The translations under genes were made by a program, and so were the position numbers. The notes below the pieces were generated by a model. It saw nothing but the letters and a program-made list of their open reading frames with translations, did no database searches and was not told the DNA's origin. A stretch of 64,000 nt of DNA. It comes from Lepidodermella squamata (lineage: Eukaryota > Animalia > Gastrotricha). The stretch is taken from NCBI GenBank assembly GCA_047495785.1, contig JBLDXI010000042.1, forward strand, positions 868,001-932,000. The letters are read 5' to 3'. Shown here piece after piece: positions 20,301 through 32,000 of the stretch. The number at the start of each line of letters is the position of its first letter. The stretch's first letter is position 1.

Positions 20301-23103
20301 TATATCAAATGAACCGTTGACATTCCTTGCGGACAAGTAGGCGAATCTTGGCACACTCCAGCTGAAGCACATTGATAGGCGCTCTATAAAGAACGGAATG
20401 TGAAGCGTATAGGCAAAAAGTAAAATTCGTACCGATGTCACGCAGGCGCTCCCAGACGAATATGTAACACCTCCAATCTGCAAAATAGCAAAAAATATAA
20501 ATCTACCAAAAGTTGCCAACAGCTAACATTGACTAGGGGATTCGGACAAGATGGACCAACATAGCAGCCTTTGTAAGCCGTAGCGTTATCGTAACAGTGA
20601 ACGTATTCGATAGCTGGTAAACAAGACTCAATAAATCGAGCAAGTCTTAGCTTTAAACCAACATTTGCAAATATTGAATGAGTCATAAACAAGCCCATCT
20701 GAGCTAGCGATCTGGAAAATGTGATCCTGGAGATTAGGAAGCTTAACATTGAGTCGAATACTCACAGTCGGAGCTGGACAAGTCGTATTGACGGGGACGC
20801 AAATGGACAGGAAATTAGTATTCGATTCGAAGCATCTTTTATGCTTTCCCTTTAAAAACAAAGAAAAATGACGAGGTGATGAGATCAACTTTCTTACCTG
20901 GACCGAAGCTACACATGTTTGAAAGTTAGTCGCAAATTGCGTCGAGCTAGATCCAATGCTTCCGAACTGAAAAGTTTAAAACAGTTTGAACGACCCTGAA
21001 ATCTGAAATTCCACAATAATAGCCAACAATATTATTTTCAACAAAAACGAAAATAAAATGAAAATAATTAAATTTTTGAATGTCCTAAAATTATATTATA
21101 CGTCAAATTTCCCGGTTCCGTTCGAGCATGAATCAATGCAGCTACCACCGGTTGTAGAATCGTAGCACATGTTGATTGACTGTCGAAACAAAAGATTTGA
21201 AAAACTCAAAATTGCGGAGACTCAAAACAACTGACCCCAGCTTCACAAGATGATTTCGTCGAGAATACTATCGCACCAGGTTTCTATGTATTACAGATTT
21301 TGATATGTGGGAAGGGGATATTTCAGAAAAAATTCACGTCAGTTCCGTCGCATGCGAGCTGAGCAGGCTTGCAACCGGGAAATGCCATCCCTGCTGAGCC
21401 GAAGCAGCGCCGATGTGGAAAGAAGGACTGCGGGGCTGGGAAACAATGAAATTGATTCTAATTAAGTTGTAAATTCTAGTTTAAAAACCTGATTGGCATT
21501 CTCCGAGGTTTGAGAACGTAACATCAGTAGAAAATTGGTTGGTACTACCAGCTAGGCAACTTTCGCTGCCATCATTTGGTATACATTTGACCAGCGAATA
21601 GGTTTGCGAGTTCAAGCAGAATTGATGCGGTTTCTAAATGTCGTAAAATAATTTAAAAAAAAATAAGGAAATTATTTATATTTTCCTTGTATATCGGGAG
21701 ATAGCTCAGGCACTGTGCATAATTCGTACCGAAATCGCTAACGCTGTTGAAAGTTGTAACCTGGAACGAGCAATATAAATACGAGCAATGCTGATCCGAT
21801 TAATTCCCGACCAGACTCATCGGCGACCGACATATTCCACGGCAAAGTAAATCTGATGCGGATTTGCACAGAGCGGCTGGCTGTAATCGATAATATTCAT
21901 AACTAGGTTCAACTTAGCCACCGCAACCAACCCCAGCAGTGCAATGTGTTTTGTCGATATAGATTCCGCCGCTGAAATCCTGGAAGAAAGAATTTAATTA
22001 AATGAATTAACTAATAAAATTTAATTTCAAATTTATTATTAAATATTACTATTAATTTTCAAATAATTGATTAATTGATTGAATTTATTTATTTTTAATT
22101 TATTTCAATCTATTATTTTCCAGTAGAAGATTAAAAACAACCAAACATGGAAATTAAGCTTCAAAACCTATTAGTTCAAGAATGAATTTTAGTTTAGCCA
22201 AATAGACACACCTGTGACTGCGTCGATTCGTTGCATCCTGGTTTAGCCAACAGGCAACCAGCAAACGATCGATCCGTCCTGGAGAAGCATCGCACGTGGG
22301 GCGAATAATCAGGGCTTTTCACAGCTAAACACCAATTAGAAATTAGAAATGATTTGTGTTCAATCGGAAAAATTGAATTCGCAACCATTGATTCGCGATA
22401 GGCAGTCAGTCAAAGTTATTATGTTGTTCAATTCCCCCTGAAACATGTATGAATAATTGCGAAATTGAGACAGCCAGTAAAGGGTTAAATTCTAACCCAG
22501 CCATTCGGGCATTGACCATCCATTGGGACACAGGTCAGAGCAGAGCTATTACCGCTGGGTTGTCCTGTATGGAAAAGGTTCTCATTTAAAGTCATTGAAA
22601 CGCGAAAAGCAAACCATATACGGTCGAATCGTGGCGATGCAGGCGTCATATCTTGGCTTGAATTTCAGACCCGTAAAATTCAAATACTGTTGAGAATCAA
22701 ATAAATTTCTAAATTTTTTCTTTACTAATAAAAAATTACCGGGACTTCCTCCTTTGAACAAGAAACCAATTGAGGGAGGCATCTCAGAGTGAACAGCTTC
22801 GGGTTGTAGCAGCTGCGAGCTGACTGAATTGCAGGGTTGGTGATAATGTTTACGAAAATCCTCAGCTCAACTTACGCCTTGTGTACAACTAGTGGAATCA
22901 GGAAGCGCTGGGCCCAGCTATTCGCATTTGTATTGAAAGAGAAGCTGAGTTTTAAAGATCCAGCTTACCTGGACCTCTTCGAATAGGTCACAGTCAGGTT
23001 TGCAGTCGACGAATGCGTCGTTCAATCGAGAAACACATCGCTTGAAGCAGCCAACGCTGCTAAAAGCGAGCGTGGCTAGAAAAAGGGTTAATAAAAAATT
23101 CAT
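17392..23103 (-). pseudogene. Copy B of the Cys-module/LamG gene (12 modules); probable pseudogene or splice-rescued allele
   Basis: Exon-for-exon paralog of copy A (MNFLLTLFLATLAFSSVGCFKRC... ending INCAAFSIPEMR*). Exon 5 (22564-22497) is 68 nt versus 78 nt, a frameshift. The exon-10 donor at 21685 reads GA instead of GT. Confidence 0.75.
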
Positions 23104-24490
23104 AATAATTTTCGCAATACAAATTTTTTGAATGAACAATTTTGTAACTGTCGTTGAAGTCACGTATTTTTTCAAATGTGACGTTGCTCAGTCGCGTGCT
23201 GGGAAAAAGAGATGCTCTCATTTCCGATGACACTGAATTTCTCGAACTGTATTCAAGACCAGTAGACCATAAAAAAGTCAGCAAATAAAAACTCCAATAA
23301 TTCGTAACTACCAAAGGGCGAGGGTCGGTTACAGGCCTACGGAGCAACATTGATGAAACTAACATTGCTAGAAAGCCCGGGATCAGCTGCGTACAAATAT
23401 ATGGTCAACAGTTTGGTCAGAGCCACTTGGACAGGTGAACAAATTCATCAGAAGTGACCAAAAACGCTAAAATGCCATAAAAAGGGCATTTTCCTACATT
23501 TGAGCGATTCTAAGGGGCACAGGAAAGGACTCGAGTTCCTAATTCATTTTTAGATGGCCCAGCAGACCTGACTTCCTTATTTTTTTCTTTTTGCTGGGGG
23601 TCTGATCTCTCCAGTTTTTTCGAATATTTTTCGCGAATGATGGAAAATGTTTGAAATTTTTAATTTTGGATTGGAGGCGTTGCATAGGTTTTTGGCTAGA
23701 AGCCAAGGCATAGACAACACTGGAACAGATAGAACGCCATCAATCTTTCCATAATGAATTTATTCGAGCTTAATTTATAACAGATGATGATGAAATAATT
23801 TTGTGTGTAAAATCTCATAAATTCTACTACTCAGTGTCCTAAGGCAACTAATCACGGCGGTGATTGACTGATCGTTAAATGTTTTCAATAAACGACATCC
23901 CTGTCTTGTTTGCTCTATTGCCTAACAAGAGGAGACGGACGTACGAGCGGCCGTTCTTCATTTTTCGTGACCTGCTCCACGGTAGCAAATTACGATTTGC
24001 CCGTATGTAATTTATAAATTTGGGAACTTATCAGGAATTTGTTCCGTTACGTGCGACTTCGCATTGGCGTTCGGCGAGCCTTTTCCAATGTGTTCCCCGG
24101 TGTCGTTTTGGCCGGGTGTTTCTCATGCAGAATCTGCTGTAAAATGTATCTTTTTGTGATTTCGCTTAATGTGATCTATGATATTTTTAGACAAAGTCGA
24201 GCGGCCTTTATCCGGTCTACCTCCGCGAAAGAAGCGTCCGTCCAGCGGTCCGGTTCCTCGGTGCCTTAGCCTACCTACGTGTCGAACTTGTTCCGTTTTG
24301 GCGAATCGCTTTAATACTAGTGACCTCAGATTACGATTTCCTATCCTTGAAACCATTTACAGATATTTTGCTATTTGCTAGGTTCTACATAGGCACCATA
24401 GATGAATTAGGGAGTTTTACGAATCGTAGATTCGCAGCAGACACCTGGAAGCTAACTATTTGCTAACTGTTGAAAAACAATTTGCAATAC

Positions 24491-24494
<4 letters not shown>

Positions 24495-24538
<44 letters not shown>
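24495..24538. repeat. (GA)n microsatellite
   Basis: Perfect GA run of about 22 units. Confidence 0.95.
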
Positions 24539-24540
<2 letters not shown>

Positions 24541-24626
24541 ATCAGCGGGTCCTTGAGCGCCTTTCCCGTAGTGACGCCACGGTGGAAGCCTTGCATGGTA
24601 CTTGACCCGTAGCTCTAGGAATTCAC

Positions 24627-24690
24627 CCAGTGTTTCTTGTCGATGTAGATTCCACCGCTGAAAGCCTGGAAGCCAGAAAAGCTCTCATTA
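24627..24690 (-). pseudogene. Isolated relic of exon 8 of the Cys-module gene
   Basis: cag|AFSGGIYIDKKHW|gtgaat versus copy A AFSGGIYINKKHCSVG|gtgagt; the flanking intron is also similar to 11207-11230. Confidence 0.75.
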
Positions 24691-25045
24691 TATGGGCCAT
24701 TTCAAATTATTTGTTTCATAATTTTACATGAATAAGCAAGTAAGGAATATTCAAGTTAAACGTGATTGATGGTAAATATGAAAACACTTTGTTATTGCAT
24801 TTTTTTTTAATTTGAAATTCCGGTCCGCTTGAATGGTTTCACAATAAACACGTTCACACTCATATTTTTTAGTTATGATGTGATTTTGCCGACTTTTATT
24901 CGTCAAAATCACTCAAATCTGCAACAGAAAATGGCGAATCAAACATTTCGGCTCTCCTTGAAAATTACATCTAGAATCATCGGAATGTAAAAAAACCGAG
25001 ACACAAAAAATTGTTTGAATTTATTCGCAATTTCACATTTTTTTA

Positions 25046-25513
25046 TCACGCTCGCATTTGTTTCCGGTCTTTTTCAGGTATCGCAATTTTGCGCGGCAGG
25101 TGATACGGCGCCAGTCGCTCGCCCTCCCACCCGTCCTTGTAGCAATAGGCCGGGCTCAGGATGACTGTCGGCGCATAGTCGACCAAATACCGGTTCAAAT
25201 GCGACTCTTCGTGGTGCTTCGCAATCACCCCATTTTTGTCATCAACTTTTATCGACTCGACCAACGCCTGCCACAGCTCGACCACTCGACCAGCCCGCCC
25301 GCCGTAGAACGCGCCGTCGTAGTAGATCCAGCCCTTTTCCGGCGGGATATAGGCCGAGGATGTTTCGTTCTTTTCGTACGTTACGTAGTTCGTAGTTCGA
25401 TTACGGTTGAACATCCAGTAGTTTTGAGTAGCGACCAGATCGCCGAGAATTTCAGGCCCAACTTCATCGACTACGTACATGTCAGCGTCCATCGAGAAGA
25501 AAAAATCATGTTT
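25046..25513 (-). CDS. Orphan duplicate of the GT6 catalytic exon 2 (intact ORF and acceptor, no adjacent exon 1)
   Basis: Highly similar to 37721-37260; motifs DAD, YYDGAFYGG, HHEESHLNRY; own AATAAA at 25025-25020. Confidence 0.75.
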   Translation of the reverse strand, partial: KHDFFFSMDADMYVVDEVGPEILGDLVATQNYWMFNRNRTTNYVTYEKNETSSAYIPPEKGWIYYDGAFYGGRAGRVVELWQALVESIKVDDKNGVIAKHHEESHLNRYLVDYAPTVILSPAYCYKDGWEGERLAPYHLPRKIAIPEKDRKQMRA

Positions 25514-26098
25514 CTAAAATAAACAAGAAATATGGAAAAAAATGAATTTTTAAAAAATTTCAAAATACTATTTTTCGACTCCAGGCACTTCGCTGGCCAT
25601 TTCTGGCTATCAGTTTCAAAATTTAGATAGTCGAAGAGTAAGTGAAATTCTGCCCTTCACGACCATGTACCTGCTATACAGCCGATAAAAACTGTCACTG
25701 CAACAGCAGCACAGACTGACGGTTCAAATTCGAAAGATTAGTAAATTTGTTGGAAAATTTGCTTATGGAAGAATTTTTAATTAAAAATGTGAAGAACTTC
25801 GTCAGCTTTTTAATGGCTTAATTGTTCAGTGTCTTGATTATTTAACTACGCGTGGATAAAACGCTACACTTCAAAAATTGTTTCATCAAATTTATTGCTG
25901 CGTGGCGCGGAAACACCATGGACCTAGAGCTTTCTGATTATCGATGATAACACGAGATAATGCATTATTTTATTTCCTATAAGTTATCGGACTTTTCCAT
26001 TAAATTGCATTTAGATTAACCTGAAGCTTTCATGGATTCAAGTTAGAATAATTAATTAATTAGGAGTCAGTAACGACTGTGGGTCGAAAGTTGTTGCT

Positions 26099-29000
26099 TT
26101 AGCGCATGCCCGGAACTGCGAAGGCGGCGCAATTGATCTCGACGATTCGCATCTGGCCGAAAGTGAGAACTTGGTTGAATATGTTCAAGCAATTCATACC
26201 AACATAGAGTAGATCTTGCGGATTTGCCCAAGATCTGACAAAAGGATGATCAACCGGTTACAGTTAGCTGCTTAAAGAATAGAAACTTACCGCCCTATAA
26301 TGAACTGACCACTTTTCGTAATGGGCCGCATACCACTCCCTATCTCGCGACCCTTGCCGTCGGCATAGAAGCTCAGCTTATCGCCGTTCGCATCGAGCGT
26401 GGCTGCTAGAAACAACCATGTAGATTGTAATGAACTGGAAATGGAAGTTGTTGAATTTTCGCCATACGGCCGGATGCTATAAGAGGCAATTGATTCTGCT
26501 ATGAGTTTAAGTCCCAGCGTCGCTGCGTCAGGGGCGTATTCAAGTATCGGCTCGTTTGGATATAAAGCCCGCATCGTTAACATTGCGATAGTGAAACTAC
26601 CGTTGTCCAGTTTCACTTTGTCCGCGGTCACAACTATAGGATCAGAATATCTGAAAAAGAATGCCGTTTTCTGTCCGCCAAAGGGCCCAGAAATATGCAT
26701 TAGCGTCGTGTTAGCGTTTGGGGGCGTTGCGTCGGCTCTAGGATCGACAACATCGTTGAAATCCGACACTAATGGCCAAATAGCTATGTTTGAAGGCAGA
26801 AGGGTGGTCAATGCTTCGGGAAGCCAAGTTTTGCCGGCGTGAATTTGCAGACACTTCTTCCTCAAAATCCACAATTGTTCGTACGATAAAGCTTTATCGC
26901 AAATCGATGCACACGTTATTTGACCCGGAAGACTCACGTCGTTGGCGAAATTCCTGGAAAATTTGATCTTACTGCTCGTAATGACTGTTGAACGACGCGA
27001 AAAATCAGAGACTTTGTCGCAAATTGCAGCTAAAAATTGAGTTGTTTCATTGTAAGTGACGGCGATAAAGACCCATGGCTGAGATGCCCCATTTAATGCA
27101 GCGCAGATGACCACCCTCGCAGCAGCCGCATCATCTGAAAAAATAATTGAGCGAAATTGATATCAAAGAATTTGAACTAGCCTAAAAAAAGCTTTGAATT
27201 TGCGGTTGGATCCAAAATTGGTTTTAGCCAAAATGACTGGGTGGTATTCTGGAAGCAGTTTACATTTGAACCTCTAGTCTTATAAGACCAAACCAAAAAT
27301 ATGTTTGGTCTAAACAAAACCAAGAGCCTATTAGTCTTGCGTAAACAACTATGGTCAAGAATAGTGGCAACGGGGCCGGACGTCAACTTCAAGGGCTGCA
27401 AGCAGACGGCAGACTTGCTGGAAATTCGTCTCGTTTCGAGCGATAAATCGGATCACCTCTGTAAGATGTTGGCATTGGACGGAGCCAAAGTCATTCCGCA
27501 ACGACCGGCCAAATGCCGAATCGCTCGGGCCATTTTTGAACGCCGTTACGTCATCTCTCATCGAGGCTGCTAGGTCATCGCCTATTAGCCGACATCAGAC
27601 CCTGTCCTTAGTTGTATTCTTAGTCTTGGATCGGTATAGAGTACGCGTTACTTCATATATGCAAACTGTGTTGAACTGGTCCGTATTCACGTGAGTTCTA
27701 ATATCGTTTCTAGAACTCGGGTTTTTTCTCGTTCATGAGAAGCTGAAGCCCGATTTAAGTAAAAAATACCGCTCATACGCTATCAATACGCCCTTCTTAC
27801 CATGCCATAGTGCTGCCGTTTCTACGATGATTCGAGCGGTATTACAGACAAGGCTTTTAGGTTTACATCCCGTTAGGTCTTTACATCAATAAAACCGCTT
27901 CGAGAATACCACCCACTATTGATTTCAACCAGCAAAAAGCGAGAAAAATTTTGGAGAATGGACACTCTCCACAAAAAAATGCTATCCAAAATCCAAAACC
28001 TATGAAAATTGACGATACAGCGGGCTAAATTTGAATTTTCTTGTCCCACGTGGCCGAGCTGGGGGATGATACCCTCCATCCCCCTGAAAGTCGCACACTG
28101 GGCTTAAAATCCTCACTACCATCAATATATAAAATATCCGCTTTAATTTTATAATTTTAACTTCATTTCAAAAATGAATTTTCTTTGCGATTCTGGAATG
28201 AAAATGTAGATGGCCAGAGGGCTTTTCTCGTGGTTGCAAGGTGTTTACCTTGAGGTAAACATTATCAATCTAGCTTTGCTACCGGAAGCGGAGCGGAAGC
28301 GGAGCGGAACACCATGGGTCGCAGATGTTCAGCTGAATCATGAAAAAAGGTCCGAATTTCGGTGGGAAAGTAAACAAAGAAATTTATTTTTCTTCGATCG
28401 ATATCGTTAAATTAGAGCTGGTTCTCTCAAGTTTGTTGATTGAACCAGAAAGAAAATATTACAGCGAACAAGGTGGTTATTTTTTCGTGATTTAAAGATT
28501 TTTTTAAATTGCTCAAAATGTCCTTTATAGTTTTTGAGCTTGCAAATAAAATGAAAATACCATTACTTTTAATTTGGACACCTAAGCCACTAGCCACACA
28601 TGTGATTCACGCGCAAGGTTCACGCCGTAGTCTGGTTCAGATTCATGCGCATGAATCATGTGTTTCTTTGCTAACAAGCGAAAAGTAATGGTATTTTCCC
28701 ACCGAGAATCCTCAATAATGTTTTAAAATTCAGTAAAAAATCGTTGAAGGTCAAACTTGGGCTCAAAAGGAAGCTCACCCCCAGCCGCGATTAGATCCAT
28801 CGACAATCGTTTCAATTTCACTTTCATTCTTGTCGATTTCCCATTTTATTTGCAAGCTCAAAAACTATAAAGGACATTTTGAGCAATTTAAAAAATCTTT
28901 AAATCACGAAAAAATAACCACCTTGTTCGCTGTAATATTTTCTTTCTGGTTCCATCAACAAACTTGAGAGAACCAGCTCTAATTTAACGATATCGATCGA

Positions 29001-32000
29001 AGAAAAATAAATTTCTTTGTTTACTTTCCCACCGAAATTCGGACCTTTTTTCATGATTCAGCTGAACATCTGCGACCCATGGTGTTCCGCTCTTTTCTCG
29101 TGAGTAGTCAGTCTATCTTAAATTATGTCTATGGTCGCAGCCCAGTTTTTCAATAGTTTTTCTCGCTCCGCTCGAAAACATTCAAATTTGCTAGCACATT
29201 CCCTTCTCGCTACGCTCGACTCATCTCGCTTTGCTCGATCGAAAACCTTGCCCAGTGATGCTCGCTTTGCTCGCGTTTCGCGGCAGGGCAAGGGTTTCGG
29301 TCGCTGAAATGCATTGCTCGCTTCGCTCGCATCTTTTACAAAATCCAGATTACAAGTGTTATTATGTAACGGTAGTTTTTCGGTAGTACAGAAATATTCG
29401 TATTATGAGCAACAAGCAACGAACGCTAACCGCGTGACAGTGTGCGAAGTAGAATTCGAGAGCTGATGTGTTTTCTACTTGTTCTCTAAGACCCGGCCGA
29501 AGAAACCAAAGGGCTGTGGTTTTTTCAGCCTACCTTTGGTTGGAGTCCAGGAGCTGGGGTGTCGCGCCCCTGTCGCACCCTGCCTCGTGATCTACAAGCA
29601 AGATCTAAACTTAGTCTTACTATTGGACTTTTCTTTTCGAGGATTTGGCGGCCAGAAATTTTCGCGGATCGCCTCACCTACCGCCAAATGGGAAATTTGT
29701 TTTGAAAATAGGGTACCCGGGCCCTAATTCACGGAATTTTAAGAGGTGAAATTCTGATTATCTGTCGCCTTAATTGGGGCCATTTTCCGAGTTCAAACAA
29801 ATCAATGAATACTATGTCGTACCGCTATCATTACGTTAACCCAAATGCAATATGCCCAAGATGGCGATATATGTTATTAGGGTTATTATTAGGTTATTAT
29901 TAGGTAACCCATTTGAAATAGATGGCTGTTTATAATCTATAACGACAACGCATTGCACAATGACGCCTAATTAGCTGATGCGATGACGCATTTCTATCTT
30001 CTGGAAAATTGATTCATTTTTCTATTCTATTTTAAATGCCAAGACCCTTACTGCCTCGTGACGCTGCTGTGACGAACGACTTGTTCTCAGGCTGGTAGGA
30101 TTACAGGTTTTTCTGCAGATCGTAAGCACAACGCGCAACATGAGACAGTTTTTCTGTGTCGCTTAAGGCAAGCTGAAATACCGAGAAGCTGAGAGGAGAG
30201 ATGCGGATAACTCGCATGTCTTGATCTGAGAAGGCTTTATCGAACGAGCGAAGAAGTATCACAAAGAAAACAGCTACGCTGGAAGTACGGCGGTGATGAA
30301 TTTCTTCAAGCAACGATACTTTGTCGTACCCAGAAAGCCAATCGAAGAGATGGTGGCCATCCTGTATCAGCGGCAAAAGGCAACCGAAGCTGGCTTCCAA
30401 ATAATGATGGAAGCTGGCGGATGGAAGCCAATGATGGCAGACGGCTTGTGAAATCGACGACGAATTGTTTGTTCTGTTGGTGAAAGTGTCGGCACGGGCC
30501 ATGCATAGCCAAACGCAACAAACATCTCGAGAAGATTGAATCTAGGAAGCTGAACCTTAGGAAAGGAGGAGTTTATCAGGTCATTTCTTTTGACATCGTT
30601 TACAGGCAGCGAAGAAGCGAACGTTGAATTTGAAAACGTCAGCGATGATCCGACAATAATGAAGAGGATCGCAACGACCGTCTTCGGGTTTACCGAAGTA
30701 ACTGAAGGGCAATTTTCATTTCGTCGCCTATAAACTTGACAACCGATCGCTCGGGCAATAATATCCCGCCAATTCGTGCTCGATCGGTTTACTTCGAGAA
30801 TTATTTGAAGAATCGGATGTCTGCTAAATACATCTGGCAAGCAAAGGTTCGAATGAAAGCCGACCCCAAGGTTGGTGACTTCGTTGTGATTCCTATCTCA
30901 AAGTGATCCGAAAAACTGCTTGGCGATAGTCGTCTCTATCAAAAATTTGGGTACACGAGTAGGTATCATTGATGCTAATTTTGGCATGTACGAACTTCGC
31001 ACTGGAGTGTTCGCAAATGACAGGGTGATTTTCAACCGGCCGCTGTCCTTGCAAGAAAAATGGCCTCGAGTGTGCAATGAAATGTCATCCGGAGATGGCT
31101 TGCAATAACAAGACCTTAGCACAGAAAGCTGAAGAGAAGGCAGGCGGAAAAGCTGGATTACAGTCAAGAAATTCAATTAGGGTTTATTCCGAAATTATTG
31201 CCTCTTGATGTAGCGTTTTAGCTAATAATTATTAGCCAAGTTATTAAATTGTTTATCAAGTAGGTTTTTAGAGCAATTGTTCCTTAGGGTAACCCAATTC
31301 CCAATTGGGGCGGATATAGCACATTGGTACGACAAATATACATGATCAATAAATGAAGAATGAATCAGAAGGCTTACCCGTAAATATTCTCAGCTGGTTC
31401 TTCGCAGGATTGTAATGTATTCGGAAAAGCGCCGTGTTGTCGTAGAACTCAAAGATTGGAATGTCTGTATCAGGGAAATCCACGAAGGCAGCATAAACAG
31501 AGACTGTGAATGAACTATTGGGAACGAGCTTGCTGCTTGCCACCTCAAAATAGCCGGTTGAATTTCCAACAGAAAGCGCTGTATTAGAGTAGTCGAACGG
31601 CCCGCTTACGAACGACAGGGAGGAGCCACCAATGAACGCTGATGTAAGATTATTTTCATTGATATCACGAATGCCGTATTCTTGCGCGAGAGGGAAGAAA
31701 GCTAGGCTGCGGGGTAAGTTGAAAGGAGTCACTGTAAGAAGAATGTTTTTCTTAGAAAAAGCAATTGATCAAATAAACGAACGTTGATTGCATTCTTCCA
31801 AGGTGGTGTACGTGGTACTATTGGCTTGTGTCTAAGTAATGGAATGCTGACATGATATAAACTCGGATTAGCAAGACGTCGCTCTCACCCAATTTTGCGG
31901 ACAGTTTTCCGCCGAGGAAACGCAAGTAGCCTCCATCAGCAGCTTATTCGTGCAGAGCTTGTACTGAAATAATTATAAGTAATGATAATCCAGGATGGTC

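Noticed and set aside
23900-24390. Possible solo LTR or small ORFs
   Set aside because: No convincing TG...CA termini with a TSD, and the peptides have no motifs.
29150-29335. Repeated GCTCGCTT(C/T)GCTCG motifs
   Set aside because: Typical subterminal repeats of non-autonomous DNA transposons; element ends could not be defined.
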